In this document: positions 10,001 through 22,406 of the stretch, piece by piece
Numbering within the stretch: the first letter of the stretch is position 1
How the letters are laid out: every line of letters starts with the position of its first letter
Source of the DNA: Mesotaenium endlicherianum
Taxonomy: Eukaryota
Assembly (NCBI GenBank): GCA_009602735.1
Contig: WELA01001425.1
Span: 5,501-61,202 of the forward strand
Direction of reading: 5' to 3'
Length of the DNA stretch: 55,702 bases
The notes under the pieces: generated by a model
Told to the model about the DNA's origin: nothing
The model's database searches: none
What the model saw: the letters and a program-made list of their open reading frames with translations, nothing else
Made by a program: the position numbers and the translations under genes

Positions 10001-12961
10001 CATGACACCCACACAAAGCAGCGCTCGAGCCCCCCGATGTACCACGCGGTGCCACATGGCGCACACCCCAAGGGCAGAGGTATGTGCACAGCAAATGACA
10101 GAGTGGCACAAGCAGCAGCCCACTCACACGGGCTTCAGCGCATGTGGTAAAAAGGCCGGCAGGAAGGGGCAGGCAGGCGGCGGGGGGGCAGGAAAGCAAG
10201 CAGGCAGGTGCGCACGCGGTCAGGCACCCGGGCCGGCAGGCAGGCAAGCAAGGAGGCCGGCTCGCAGGCAGGCAGGGGCAGGCTGCTAGGCAGGGACTGC
10301 TGGAGAGGCAGGTGGAGTGGTGGGCAGGTGCACGGGCAGGCAGGGGGAGGTGGGCGGCTCGGCGCCCGGGCAGGCATGCGTAAGAGGGCCACCTGCTGGC
10401 AGGGCGGCTGGGCGGCAGCTTTTACCTTCTCGAGCTCGTTGGCGACGTTGTGGGCGATGTCATCCTTCTGCTCAAACACGTCGTCCAGTATCATCTTCGG
10501 CACGCTCGCCCGCACCACTGCCCCACGCCCAGGCAGGCAGCCGCGCCCCCCGCCCCAAAGCCACCCAGTCATTTGCGCCCGCGCCCGCGCGGCCCCGCAC
10601 GCGACCCCGCACCACGGCCACAGCCGCCGCGCCCTCACCGAGAAAGCACGCGCCCTCGGCGAGGGTCCTGAGAGCAACGATGCACAAACAAACGTACTCG
10701 CGAGCGGCCGGGCCCGAAGAGTGATTGGAGCGCGGGCAGTGCTATGACTGCAGGCCGCTGTTGCAGCGGTACAGGCGCACAATGGCCGGGCCCGTGGAGC
10801 GATCGGAGCGCGGGAAGTGCTAGAACTGCAGGCTGTCGCAGCGGTAGAGGCGCACCGCTCAGCCGTACCCCTGCTGTTAGCTTGCAACCCCGGCAGAGCC
10901 CACGGGAGCCCTCCTGGCAGGGCTGCAGCAGTGGAGTACGACCGTGAGGGGCTGAAGAGGACGGCCCCTCTTGACCGACCGTGTACTCTGTTGACCAAAG
11001 ACCACTGACCTGGCGGGCCGTTGACCAGAAAGCCAAAGAGGAGGCCGGCAGGGGGCCAGCCCGACATGCATGCCCGCACTGGGCGCCCTCGTTTCCCTGG
11101 AGGGCTCTTCATTTTCGCAGCTTCTCCTTCTCAGTGAACCTTCCCCTATGCTTTCTGCAAACATGCGTGCGCGAACACGTGTGCGAGACTGAACGAAACG
11201 AGAGTGCCGGGGGGAGGACGCGGTGGGGAAAGGGATGCGGGGGGNNNNNNNNNNNNNNNNNNNNNNNNNNNNNNNNNNNNNNNNNNNNNNNNNNNNNNNN
11301 NNNNNNNNNNNNNNNNNNNNNNNNNNNNNNNNNNNNNNNNNNNGGGGGGGGAGGGGGGGAGGGGAGGGGCGGTTGGAAGGGGGCCTTTGCGACATGGTGA
11401 GTTGCTCCAGCTGTTCAAGACCTCCTGCGGAGGGCATCCACTGCACTCACCCCGCGCGCACGTATGCACACACTTGCACACACAAGCACATGCACACGGC
11501 CATGCACGCCCGTCTCACGTACGAACGCGCACATGCACGCACGCACGCACGCATAGGCGGGTGCGGGCGGGTGCGGGAGCGCACCGTCAAAGACGTAGGC
11601 CTGGATCTGCTCGCGCGGGTTCTGCAGCTCGTAGAAGGCGTCGTCCGCGTTCTGGCGCACCACGCGGTACTGCACGCTGCACACCACCGTCACAAACACG
11701 TTGTCCTGCACGCGCACACACACGCACGCGCGCGCGCGTAAATCTCTTCTCCCTCAGTCAACATCAAATTAACACTCACTCCGTGCGCGTCGAGCGGGCG
11801 CATGCAGAGGGGGAGAAGGAGCAAGACTCCGCATACATGCATGCATGCCCACACAAACCACATACCCACAGACACACACACACACAGACACACACACACA
11901 CACACATGCACATGCACACATGCACACACTTGCTTCCTCTCCCCTGCTTTAGGAGAGCAGCAGAAAAGGTAGGGCTTGGGAGGGCACCCCGCCTCTTTCC
12001 CCAAAAACAAATATGACTACATTCGAGTGTTCAAACAAAAAGGTCGATGCTGAATGAGCAACCAGGGCACTGCTCTTGCGGTCCTTGGAAGGTACTTGGA
12101 TTTCATATTTTGGGAATATATATATCTATATAAGAATGAATAAATAACTAATAAAGTGAATTTGAAATCTTATTACACAGTTTGTATATATTGAAAAGTG
12201 ACATGCCCGACCTACTGCCTATTGACATGCAAATATTGCGCGCATGGCACCCCTTTCACCACCCCTGTGAAGTCTTCTTAGCAGTCAAGCCCGCCTAAGA
12301 CCAAGAGCGCTTTAGAGAAAAGAATACATATATTAATGAACAAAAATACAACCACCCTACCCTTGCAGCAAAAGTTGGAAGAAACGAAAATATCTACATG
12401 TGTAGGACACAAACCCACACACAAGTGTTTCTAAATGTCTCTACTACCTGCTTGTGTACATATATGCTTAAAAAACATATATACGAAGTTCTTATTGTTC
12501 TGGAACTGCTGACCCACTTAAATGTCTCACATTAAAACTCTCAAACACTTGACAGGCATGTCAAGTTTCACCGTACACCACACTCACATAAGAGTAACGA
12601 CCCCTAAAATACAGAAACACATATTTTGACGTCACACCATAGCTTTTCAAAACTCCACCCCCTCACAGTGCCAGCTCACACGTCATAAGATCATAACCAC
12701 AAGCAGGCAGGCGCTTCAACACATGCACTTATGGAACGAAGAAATGTAACGAAACCTGGCATTTAAATAAAATTGGTCTACCTTGGTCTTGGTCTCCACC
12801 CTCACGTCCAACTGCTGCACACGGAGGCTGAGCAAGCCCGCCATCCATTCTCCGCCGAACACGTTGAAGAAATGAAACCCCGGCTGAGCTAAGCGATTAA
12901 ATCGGCCCCACTTTTCAACTACACCCACGCTCGACTGCTCCACGCAAGCACAAAACATCAT
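6709..12961 (-). CDS. HIR: Hypersensitive-induced response protein (HIR; SPFH/band-7 family); exons 12961-12782, 11705-11585, 10517-10426, 9420-9324, 7809-7685, 6948-6709; 284 aa
   Basis: Six exons join in frame (855 nt) with GT-AG sites. The product reads [16 protein letters not shown]...[20 protein letters not shown]...[15 protein letters not shown]...ELEKVMGAYGY...AMNDINAAQRMR...[39 protein letters not shown]...[11 protein letters not shown]...PHGPGHVRD, a classic plant HIR. Confidence 0.95.
7022..7065. repeat. (GT)n microsatellite in HIR intron 5
   Basis: Directly visible. Confidence 0.85.
7100..7720. repeat. Degenerate tandem copies (~135-150 bp period) of the HIR exon-5 3' end, splice donor and (CA)n tract
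   Basis: cacctg[c/g]cgctgg...gagagg[t/c]ac recurs at 7682 (true exon end), ~7544, ~7429 and ~7282, with a partial copy at ~7112. Confidence 0.7.
7858..8502. other. Assembly gap (N run); other gaps at 11245-11343, 49186-49270 and 49650-50427
   Basis: N runs. Confidence 1.
9447..9562. repeat. Hexamer arrays (GCACCA)n and (GCGTCA)12 in HIR intron 3
   Basis: Directly visible; the (GCGTCA)12 block spans 9491-9562. Confidence 0.9.
11865..11930. repeat. (CA)n-rich microsatellite in HIR intron 1
   Basis: Directly visible. Confidence 0.75.
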
Positions 12962-13489
12962 TCTGTTTTCTCTTTAGACACAGGGAGCGCCCAGGATTAT
13001 TTTGGACCCTTGGTGCAGACTGATATGCAACAAAAAGTGATTTGCGCAAGAAACCAAGGGAAGAAAGGAAACGAGGAAGAACACAAGTACTGCGCACCAA
13101 TTATCGAGCAAAATAAGTGTGGGCAACAATAATCTCATCACGGAAGCTGCACGAAAGTGCTCAGGAAGGTGACTGATGGTAAGCTCCGGTGGAAACGCGA
13201 AATTCCTTCACATTCTCTTTCCTGCCTGTAGCTTGCCACGACCTTGGGTTGCTATCAAGAATGTCGGCGCATGTCAACCTTCTTACGTCTATGGAGGTTA
13301 CTTGAATTTGAAGCAATTTGAAACAAGTTCACATCCCACGACGTTGAAGGTGTCGCGACTACTATCCACTTGACGATGTCACACGCGTAAGGCAAGTTAC
13401 GACCACCCAGGTACGATAGTCAACGCTGACCACAGGGCCATTAATTGGCCACCGACAGATCAGCCTTGGCACAGGACACGTGCAGATTG

Positions 13490-13567
13490 AAAAATAGATT
13501 GACCCCGACCCTCAGGGGTGAAGCGGGGAAAAATAGATTGATCTCGACCCTCAGGGGTGAAGCGGGG
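13490..13567. repeat. 39-bp direct duplication (AAAAATAGATTGA..CGACCCTCAGGGGTGAAGCGGGG x2)
   Basis: Two near-identical adjacent copies. Confidence 0.8.
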
Positions 13568-14510
13568 ATTGACGGCCCAGTCAGCTGGACAGCTGACCAA
13601 GCCGAGGCCGCAAGACTGTACAGCTCAGCTGAGAAGCTCACATGGTCAAGTGACCATGTGAAGACGCACAATCAGCCGCAAATCTGACTGTGCTGCAGAC
13701 ATGCAGGCGTCATAAGGAGCACAAGCGCTGACTGGACGACGCTCTCAGTTGGTGCACTCAGGCCGAAGCTGCCACGACTTAAGCAGCCAGCCAAAGGGCG
13801 TGGGTTGCTAACGACACACAGCCCTGCATGCTAATTGACGAGCTAAGACGACCGAGCGGTAAGCTCGAGATTACATGCATGACTCGGTGGAAGAAGACGC
13901 AGCATAGAACTCTCGAGGGAGAGAACCCCGCATGCGTGGTGCCATGATAAGGCACGAAGGTTGCATGCACCCACATTTGCCAGTGAAGCAGAAAGAGCGC
14001 AAGAAAGAGAGAGAGAGAAGGAAGAGAAGGGCGTGAAGAAGAAGGAGTTTCCAAGGCCATAGGAGAGCCTAGGAGGCACGCTCCAGCCGACGCTCGAAGA
14101 TTTCCCTCTTTGTGTATCATAGAAAAATTATGAGTAAGGAGATCTCAAGGGGAACCTCTGATAGCCAGAAGCGAGAGCTTACTAAATAGAATTTGCTAGG
14201 AGTTCTAGCACAGAAGACAGATCAAACACCACAGGTGTGCGAGAACACATAAAATGATGAGTGTTGTGTTAGTTTCCAAGTTCTCAGAAGTCTCAATTGT
14301 CGAATTGCTGTTAGCAAGAGCAGACTTAGCGTTTGAAGCTTTCGGTGAAGAACTGAGTAAGCTTAGCCAGCAGTGGAAACTGCTAAGGCAAGGCGTTGGG
14401 CGAAGAGCTCAACTCAAGCCGGCAGTAGAATCATAAGTTCAGAGTTTTGTAAGCTGTGACTTTGTGAATTAAGATGAGCAAAAGCCTGAAAGGCGACTTT
14501 CTCTGAAACA

Positions 14511-14951
14511 TTGAAGGCCCTGGGATTGACTGCAAGGGACCTGAAAGAGAGTCCTTTCCAATTGAGGACTGCATCAGGGCAAATCACCAAGTCTTGGAGG
14601 GTCACACGCAAGCCAGTGAGAAACACAGTTAACTCGGGGAAACCTGAGGAGGCGTCATTGTGGATTGAATGCACAGTGACGGATGCCGAGAACTATGACG
14701 TGTTATTAGGAACAGAAGCTCTGATCCCTTTGGGCATGGTTATTGATCTACGGAAGCAGAAAGTAACCTGCCAGCAAACTGATAGGCAACCAGCAGGCAA
14801 AATTCCTGTAAAAATGGTGTGCCACAGTAAGGCAAGTTACATAATCTTGGACTGTTGCGCCACCACTGAGTACCCAGAACTCTATGACACGCTGATGAAG
14901 AAGGAGGAGACAAAATATTCCAGTATGAACATGCCACTACCCTTGATGTAA
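14511..14951 (+). pseudogene. Retrotransposon aspartic-protease C-terminal fragment from a decayed element
   Basis: LGLT..DL...PFQLRTASG...VTDAENYDVLLG.EAL..LGMVID is typical of the second half of retropepsins. No catalytic D(T/S)G was found upstream. Confidence 0.55.
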
Positions 14952-15460
14952 GGTCATAGGTTTATAAAGTGCATTTTTGAGTTTCAGGAGAGTATGTTTT
15001 GATTGTATAGAAGTGTAGAGTGCATTTTTGTAATCATTTTGATAAAAAGTTTGTTGAAATTAAATAAGTATTGAGAGAGTTATGGATTTCCAATGTTTAA
15101 TTAGTTTTGAGGTCGGTTGACGACTGTCCTTAATTCGCGGTGAGCGCAACCGTCGGATTGACCGACAGCGTCGAGCGATCTGGCCCGTTAGAGTGAACTC
15201 GAACCTTCACGTAAGTTCGGCTGACGCGGAGTGCCGACTAGGTCGATTTACCTAGAAGTTTCGGTTTAGCCTAGCGCGCCTAAAATAGAATATTATAATA
15301 ATGTCGATGCATGTATGTGGACGTCAATTTGACCCGACACGTCAGATGAGACTGATTTGGCCTACTCACGAATATTCTGGAAGGGACGATTTGACGAACA
15401 CTTGGGAAATTCCGTAGCTTCCTCCTAGAGAGGAGCACTTAGGCAGAAAACTATAAATAG

Positions 15461-15963
15461 TGTAGTGATTTGAGTTATTATATATTAGTTCGCATATATT
15501 TTAATGTTTTCAAATGTATTTGGAGGAGTATTGTGTGGAGTCAAGTGTGAATAGGTACTCTAGTAACTTGGTTCATGTCCTTTGAACCTTCCAAGGCATT
15601 TTCGAAGTTAGAGGAAAGACCTAGAAGAACTCCATGTGGCAAAAGTCAGATGTGCCATTTTTAGGTCAAAAGGACATGTGTACATTATTCTAGAAAGAGG
15701 TGGCAAGTTTTGGGATGTGTTGGGTGCCAACACATCAACATACACCTTCCTAGAAATTACTTATGTAGCAAGTATATAAACAAGAGCTAGAACATAGAAA
15801 GACATTCCAGAATCACTCTTGTACTTGCCAAAATCCAGAAATATATTAACTTTCAAGAAGCCATCTCTCTTTCAAGAAGCTACCACTTGTGTTCAAAGAT
15901 CCTTGTCTTGAATAGATAAAGTATTCTGTTTTACTAAGTACTTTATCTATCTGTTTCACTACA
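15461..15963 (+). repeat. 5' LTR of A1
   Basis: TG...CA ends, 8-bp terminal inverted repeat, directly repeated at 21632-22134 and 34741-35245. Confidence 0.95.
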
Positions 15964-16000
15964 GTGGTATCGGAGCTAGGCACTTTGGTAGCACAAGAAG

Positions 16001-17281
16001 ATGGCCGATCCTCAAGACCAACAGCAAGCTTTCGAAGGAAGCCCTTCCTCTCCAAGACACCCTCCTCCAGCGCCGATGGGAGAGCCCACTCAAGAAAATC
16101 TGCAACAACAAGAAGCACCACAAGGAGGAGCACACCCTCCTCCAGCGTCGATGGGAGAGCCTACTCAAGGAAATCTCCAACAACAAGAAGCACCACAAGG
16201 AGGAGCACCGTCAAATCCCGTGGCAGCCGCTATAGCAAAGTTGACCCCACCACAAGGAGTTCCCGCAAATGAGTGGGCAGCCTTCCTAATGACCGTCCAC
16301 AACCAAGTGGGCTTGGCCACCTATGAAGCAACCGTGCAAGCGTCAAGAGAAGCTATGGCTGCCATGGTTGCCCCTATTGCGAGCAATGCTCAAAATCCAG
16401 CCCCGGCTCAAGCGCCTCCACAAGAGCCAACGAGAGCAAGGAAACTCATCAAGCCCGGCAAACCCGACACTTTCAACCCCGGGAAAGGTGCCAACCTGAA
16501 TTTATGGCTCTACCAAGTGGAGACGTACCTCGCATTCCTTGAAGTACCCGAGGAGGACTACGTTCCCTTTGCCGTTACCTTACTTAGAGGAGCAGCAACA
16601 TCATGGTGGCGTAACTATCAAGCGGCTATATATCAAGCTATGGCGCACCCCATGCTCGGCCAAGAGCCCCCACCATCATATGCAAGATGGGCAGATTTTC
16701 GTGAGGCCCTCAAGAAGCAATTCATGCCCATCAATGCGGAGAAGATTGCCCGAGGAAAGCTCCACCATCTCAAGCAAACGACGTCCGTTCAAGAGTATAC
16801 ATCCAGATTTCACGCCCTCACTCTTGAGATCCCCAACATGTCTCTCGAGGAGAAGATTGACCGCTACATCTTTGGCCTCAAACCCAAGGTGGCAAAGGAA
16901 GTGGAGTTACGCGACTTGACGGACTTCTCAAAGATCATTGAAGTGGCCCAAAAGGTGGATACCTTGGATTTCAAGCACTCCGTGCCTTCATCTTCACGGG
17001 TACCGACGACGCGGGTGTACGCAGCCCCTTCCACATCCGAATCTGGACCCACACCCATGGAAATCGGAGTTATTAAAAGGGACCCCGCGGCTGCCCGGAA
17101 GAGTGGAAGACCCTCCAATGACACTTATGATGCAAGAAACCAGCAAGGAGTGAAAGCAAGACTCTCCCCGGCTGAAAAAGAAGCTCTCATGACGGCTGGA
17201 CTATGCTTTTATTGCAAGGAAAAGGGCCATCGTGCACTTTCATGCCCCAAAAAGTTGTCAAAAAACGGACAGCGCCGGTAG
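16001..17281 (+). CDS. gag: Gag of element A1 (426 aa)
   Basis: [52 protein letters not shown] zinc knuckle; 75-bp N-terminal duplication ([18 protein letters not shown] x2). Confidence 0.95.
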   Translation: MADPQDQQQAFEGSPSSPRHPPPAPMGEPTQENLQQQEAPQGGAHPPPASMGEPTQGNLQQQEAPQGGAPSNPVAAAIAKLTPPQGVPANEWAAFLMTVHNQVGLATYEATVQASREAMAAMVAPIASNAQNPAPAQAPPQEPTRARKLIKPGKPDTFNPGKGANLNLWLYQVETYLAFLEVPEEDYVPFAVTLLRGAATSWWRNYQAAIYQAMAHPMLGQEPPPSYARWADFREALKKQFMPINAEKIARGKLHHLKQTTSVQEYTSRFHALTLEIPNMSLEEKIDRYIFGLKPKVAKEVELRDLTDFSKIIEVAQKVDTLDFKHSVPSSSRVPTTRVYAAPSTSESGPTPMEIGVIKRDPAAARKSGRPSNDTYDARNQQGVKARLSPAEKEALMTAGLCFYCKEKGHRALSCPKKLSKNGQRR

Positions 17282-20200
17282 GCCAGGAGCCTACCACCCC
17301 AAGACCCACTTCACGAGAAGGCAACACGCCAAGTGAGGTGGAGACCCCCGTTGAAGACGACGTTCCAGCCCCAATGAGTTTGAGAGGTTACCTTGGAGGA
17401 GAGAAGGTCCACATCTTGGTGGATAGCGGAGCTCAAGGCAACTTCATTGCTGCAGATTTTGCCACCAAGCACGGTATTACTATGCGAACTCTTGACCACG
17501 ACGAGGAGATTATGATGCCCGATGGATTCTCCTATACTACCCCTTCCAAGAAGACGTACCCCTTGGCACTCTCTATCAAGTCCTTCAAGGATAGAGTAGT
17601 GTTCTCCCCCATGCAATTGGGCAAGTACGACGTCATCCTAGGGACGCCTTGGTTGACCAAGCACAACCCCCAAGTTGATTGGAGGACCGGTACTATCAAG
17701 ATCAAGAATGACATCACTTCAAGAATCTGTATTTTGCGCGCAATCCAGAATATCCAGACCCAAGACATCCAGAAGCCGGCACACGAGATACTATTGTCCG
17801 CCCTCCAACTCAAGAGACTTGTGAGGAAGGGACACGAGCTTCTTTTGGCCTTGATCACGCCAAAAGACATCAAGAAAGACATCGAGAGTCAAGAAGGCAG
17901 CCCCGTTCCCAAGGAGATACAAGAAGTCTTAGAGGACTACAAAGAAGTGTTCTCCCCGGAATTGCCCAAGGGCCTACCCCCCAAAAGATTCGTAGACCAC
18001 AAGATAGAGTTGGAGCCCGGAAGCAAGCCCATCTCTCGGCCTACGTTCAAAATGTCATACACGGAGCTAGACGAAGTCAAGAAGCAAATCAAGGAGCTAC
18101 TGGAGCATGGCTTCATTCGACCTAGCAAGTCGCCATTTGGAGCCCCGGTGCTATTTGTCAAGAAGAAAGATGGTACCTTGAGGATGTGTGTGGACTATCG
18201 CGCCCTCAACAAGATCACCATCAAGAATCGATACCCGCTGCCGCGCATGGATGAGCTCATGGACCGGCTGGTTGGAGCCAAGTACTTCACGAAGATTGAC
18301 TTACGGAGCGGCTACCACCAGATTCGCATCGCAGAACCGGATATAGAGAAGACGGCATTCAGGACAAGATATGGACATTTTGAGTCCATGGTCCTGCCAT
18401 TTGGACTCACCAACGCGCCAGCAACTTTCATGACTATGATGAACACCATATTTCAGCCCATGTTGGACAGATTTGTGGTGGTATTCATCGATGACATCCT
18501 TATCTACAGCAAGACCCTTGAAGAGCATGCGAGACACTTGAAAGAAGTCCTTGAAGTATTGAAGCAAAACAAGCTATTTGCGAAGGAGTCAAAGTGCGAG
18601 TTTGCCAAACAAGAAGTGGAGTTCCTAGGTCTCCACGTGACTGCTGATGGCATCAAGATGGACCCCAAGAAGACCACGGTGGTGGAGGAATGGCCAACCC
18701 CCACGACCAAGAAAGAACTCCAGTCATTCTTGGGATTTGCCAATTGGTACAGAAAATTCATCCAAGGCTTCTCGCACATAGCAGCCCCCCTGACAGATCT
18801 ACTCAAGAAGGACAGGCTATATACATGGACCGAGAAAGAGGAAGAGGCATTTCAAGAGTTAAAGCGAAGATTGACCACATCCCCGGTGCTCACACTCCCA
18901 AGTCCAAACCCAGATTGGCCCTTCCACGTCATCACCGATGCATCTTCCTATGCAATAGGAGCAATCCTGCTTCAAGACCAAGGCAAGGGACTGCAGCCCA
19001 TCGCCTACGAGTCAAGGAAGCTAAATCCAGCCGAGCAAAATTATACAACCACGGAGCGAGAGGCATTGGCGATTGTACATGCCTTGAAGGTTTGGCGCTG
19101 CTACGTTGAAGGACGCAAAGTACTGGTCACCACGGACCACGAGGCGTTAAAGCACCTCCAAACGCAGCCGTATCTCTCAAGGAGACAAGCAAGATGGAGC
19201 GGATACTTGCAACAATACAACATCACGATTCAGTACCAGCCCGGCAAGACAAACCCGGCTGACCCCCTCTCAAGACTGCAATTAAATGCAGTGATGGTAT
19301 CCCTGAAGACAGATCTGGAAGCTCGATTTTCAGCCGCCTATGAAAGAGACCCTTACTACAAGAACGGAGAAGCAGCCTTGGACCCATGCAAGAAGCAAGA
19401 AGGCAATTATTGGGTGAGGCAAGATACGGGCCAGAGATGTGTTCCTAATGACTTAGACCTCCGGCTCTTGCTTCTACGAGAAGCACACGACAACCCTCTT
19501 GGAGGACACTTTGGAATCCTAAGGACCACGGGCGTTCTAGCTAGGACTTATTGTTGGCCAGGCATGTCTAAGCAAGTCAAGGAGTACTGCAGGAGCTGTG
19601 ACACATGCCAAAGAATCAAGCCATCATCGCAAAAGGCGGGAGGACTCCTCCAACCACTACCAATCCCCGAAAGACAATGGACGGACATCTCAATGGACCT
19701 TATCGTGGACTTGCCCGTGACACCTCGAGGCCATAATGCAATACTCACGGTGGTGGACAGACTTACCAAGATGGCTCATTTTATTCCCACGACGACTAAG
19801 GCTACAGCACCACAACTTGCAAGACTCATCTTTGACAACATCTTCCGACTCCATGGACTACCATCAAGAATTGTGTCAGATAGAGATCCAAGATTCACAA
19901 GCCATTTCTGGAAAAATCTCTTCAAGAACTTGGGTACATCGCTGGATATGTCTACTGCCTACCACCCACAATCAGATGGGCAAACCGAGCGTATGAATCG
20001 TACCCTAAAGACCTCTCTAAAGGCCTACGTGTCTACCCTCGAGCAAGACTGGGACATGTACTTGACCCCCCTCGAGTTTGCCTACAACAACACTACGCAG
20101 GCCTCTACCCAAGAGTCCCCATTCTTCCTCAACTATGGCTTCCATCCGACCACGCCACTGAGCTTCACGGCTGGCCATGATGAAGTACCTGCAGCCACAG

Positions 20201-20868
20201 ATTTTATGGAGACATTAGAAGCAGCCCTTACAGCAGCGAAGAAAGCTCTACAACACGCGCAAGATGCTCAAGCAAGAGTGGCGAACAGATCCAGAAGAGA
20301 AATTACGTACAGAGTGGGTGACAACGTGTTACTATCATCCAAGAACATTTCCCTGAACAACAGGCCTGCCGGCAGCAAGTTCTCTCCCAAGTATTTGGGA
20401 CCCTTCAAGATTATCCAGCAAGTCAACCCCGTTGCTTTCAAGCTAGAACTTCCCCAGACTATGCACATCGACCCCGTATTCCACGCTTCCCTCTTCAAGC
20501 CATATGTGCAACCCGACAACAAGTTCCCAGGACGTGTGACAACCCCACCAGCCCCAACAATAGTGGATGATCATTTGGAGTACGAAGTGGAAGACATAGT
20601 GGCTATGAGAAATTTCAGGAGACAGCAGCAATACTTGATCAAGTGGAAAGGATATCCAGATTCGGAGAATAGTTGGGTGGCGGCGCACTACCTTGACAAA
20701 GTTCAGAGAAAGTTGAAGCGCTTCCATGCCGCCAACCCCCATCTTGGACCAGCCCCAAGTCTCTCTACTAGAAGCCCGAAGACTTCAGGGAGGCAGCCTG
20801 CCACCATCAAGAAGCAGCAGAAGACCCCTTGGAGGCAGCCTGCAAGAACAAGAAAGAGGAAAAATTGA
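17260..20868 (+). CDS. pol: Pol of element A1 (PR-RT-RNaseH-IN-chromodomain), in the -1 frame to gag
   Basis: DSG protease, LPFGL/FIDD RT, TDAS RNase H, HHCC + DDE integrase, GPF motif, and a YEVEDI...[13 protein letters not shown] chromodomain. The ORF track frame 17203-20868 has no internal stop. Confidence 0.95.
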   Translation, partial: KKRTAPVGQEPTTPRPTSREGNTPSEVETPVEDDVPAPMSLRGYLGGEKVHILVDSGAQGNFIAADFATKHGITMRTLDHDEEIMMPDGFSYTTPSKKTYPLALSIKSFKDRVVFSPMQLGKYDVILGTPWLTKHNPQVDWRTGTIKIKNDITSRICILRAIQNIQTQDIQKPAHEILLSALQLKRLVRKGHELLLALITPKDIKKDIESQEGSPVPKEIQEVLEDYKEVFSPELPKGLPPKRFVDHKIELEPGSKPISRPTFKMSYTELDEVKKQIKELLEHGFIRPSKSPFGAPVLFVKKKDGTLRMCVDYRALNKITIKNRYPLPRMDELMDRLVGAKYFTKIDLRSGYHQIRIAEPDIEKTAFRTRYGHFESMVLPFGLTNAPATFMTMMNTIFQPMLDRFVVVFIDDILIYSKTLEEHARHLKEVLEVLKQNKLFAKESKCEFAKQEVEFLGLHVTADGIKMDPKKTTVVEEWPTPTTKKELQSFLGFANWYRKFIQGFSHIAAPLTDLLKKDRLYTWTEKEEEAFQELKRRLTTSPVLTLPSPNPDWPFHVITDASSYAIGAILLQDQGKGLQPIAYESRKLNPAEQNYTTTEREALAIVHALKVWRCYVEGRKVLVTTDHEALKHLQTQPYLSRRQARWSGYLQQYNITIQYQPGKTNPADPLSRLQLNAVMVSLKTDLEARFSAAYERDPYYKNGEAALDPCKKQEGNYWVRQDTGQRCVPNDLDLRLLLLREAHDNPLGGHFGILRTTGVLARTYCWPGMSKQVKEYCRSCDTCQRIKPSSQKAGGLLQPLPIPERQWTDISMDLIVDLPVTPRGHNAILTVVDRLTKMAHFIPTTTKATAPQLARLIFDNIFRLHGLPSRIVSDRDPRFTSHFWKNLFKNLGTSLDMSTAYHPQSDGQTERMNRTLKTSLKAYVSTLEQDWDMYLTPLEFAYNNTTQASTQESPFFLNYGFHPTTPLSFTAGHDEVPAATDFMETLEAALTAAKKALQHAQDAQARVANRSRREITYRVGDNVLLSSKNISLNNRPAGSKFSPKYLGPFKIIQQVNPVAFKLELPQTMHIDPVFHASLFKPYVQPDNKFPGRVTTPPAPTIVDDHLEYEVEDIVAMRNFRRQQQYLIKWKGYPDSENSWVAAHYLDKVQRKLKRFHAANPHLGPAPSLSTRSPKTSGRQPATIKKQQKTPWRQPARTRKRKN

Positions 20869-21488
20869 CATTAGACACTCTTCTCTTCTCGCAGTTTCTG
20901 GACAGAAAACTAAAACTGCTACTGGTAATAGGTCTCTGCATAATAAATTCTGAAAATTTACCTGGCTGTAGTCCATGAGTAGCCGGTCATTTAGAGTCCA
21001 AGTTTGCTCAATTTGGAGCACTGGTGAGAGAGATATGATGCTCTAAGTAGAAGGGGGTCAGGCTGCTGGCATTGTTAGGGCAGAATATGCCTTCTGACAT
21101 TGTGCCCTCCCCTGAACTTGGAATGCTCTGAAACTCAAGACGCTGGTAGAACATCTTACAGCGCCCAGTTTGAGACTCATTTTGCAGAATTTGGAGAAGT
21201 ATAGAAGGACTTATGATTTTCAGAAGTTTCTGCACAGATTTGGAGTGCCTACTCCAGCTCTCAACGACACTCCAGAAATTAGAATGCTCTCAAATTTGGT
21301 GACCCGGTAGAGTTCTCCGACGCGGTCCGTCTGGCACTCGAACTTTCAGATTTTGAGCAGTTCTGTGGCCGCTATGAATTTTTGAATTTGTGGCAGATTC
21401 TGGGCCAACTTGTACAATTTTATTTATCATTAAGGAGTAGACTAGCCAATAAGGTCACACCACCTACGACCTTGCCTAGTCTACCTTA

Positions 21489-21600
21489 CATGTGTAGCAC
21501 CTGACTTGGCGCCTTTGACTAGTCCTCTTCACATGTGTGGCATCTTACTTGAAACTGTTGACTAGTTTGCTCCACATGTGTAAGACCTGACTTGACGCGC
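21489..21600 (+). repeat. Three degenerate ~43-bp repeats (ACATGTGT..CCTGACTTG) in the A 3' UTR just before the PPT
   Basis: Also present in A2 at ~34598-34710. Confidence 0.6.
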
Positions 21601-21631
21601 CGAGACGTCGCTCTTTCTATTGGGGGGGTGA

Positions 21632-22134
21632 TGTAGTGATTTGAGTTATTATATATTAGTTTGCATATATTTTAATGTTTTCAAATATATTTGGAGTAGT
21701 ATTGTGTGGAGTCAAGTGTGAATAGGTACTCTAGTAACTTGGTTCATGTCCTTTGAACCTTCCAAGGCATTTTCGAAGTTAGAGGAAAGACCTAGAAGAA
21801 CTCCATGTGGCAAAAGTCAAATGTGCCATTTTTAGGTCAAAAGGACATGTGTACATTATTCTAGAAAGAGGTGGCAAGTTTTGGGATGTGTTGGGTGCCA
21901 ACACATCAACATACACCTTCCTAGAAATTACTTATGTAGCAAGTATATAAACAAGAGCTAGAACATAGAAAGACATTCCAGAATCACTCTTGTACTTGCC
22001 AAAATCCAGAAATATATTAACTTTCAAGAAGCCATCTCTCTTTCAAGAAGCTACCACTTGTGTTCAAAGATCCTTGTCTTGAATAGATAAACTATTCTGT
22101 TTTACTAAGTAATTTATCTACCTGTTTCACTACA
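21632..22134 (+). repeat. 3' LTR of A1
   Basis: Near-identical to 15461-15963; preceded by the PPT and followed by the TSD. Confidence 0.95.
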
Positions 22135-22406
22135 AATAGGCATAACTTCTTTGTACCTTATCAGTTTTCACTTCTCTAAATTTCTACAGGTTTGATATGA
22201 CAAGCCCTTCCATCCTACATCATTTGTGAGCAATTTCTTGCTAATCAAAATGTTGAGTTATTTTCCTAAGCTTTCTTAGTGATATGCCGCTGCACTCTTT
22301 AGTATGATTGCAACTAGTTCATTTCCTCGTGAGTCACTATGCTTCCACTAGGGCACTTTGCCCCTTTTATCTGGTATCAAAGCTGGGCTAGTTTGCATAT
22401 TGTATT

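Larger units (their letters stand above)
15461..22134 (+). mobile_element. Intact Ty3/Gypsy chromovirus LTR retrotransposon, family A copy A1
   Basis: 503-bp LTRs (TGTAGTGA...TCACTACA) with about 7 mismatches by eye; 5-bp TSD AATAG (15456-15460 / 22135-22139); PBS TGGTATCGGAGC 15965-15976; PPT 21621-21631; open gag and pol. Confidence 0.97.

Noticed and set aside
9004..11112. Many 100-325 aa ORFs in the HIR introns (poly-DA, poly-LT, Ala/Gly-rich)
   Set aside because: GC-rich, repeat-rich intron DNA is poor in stop codons; only the short HIR exons inside them are supported
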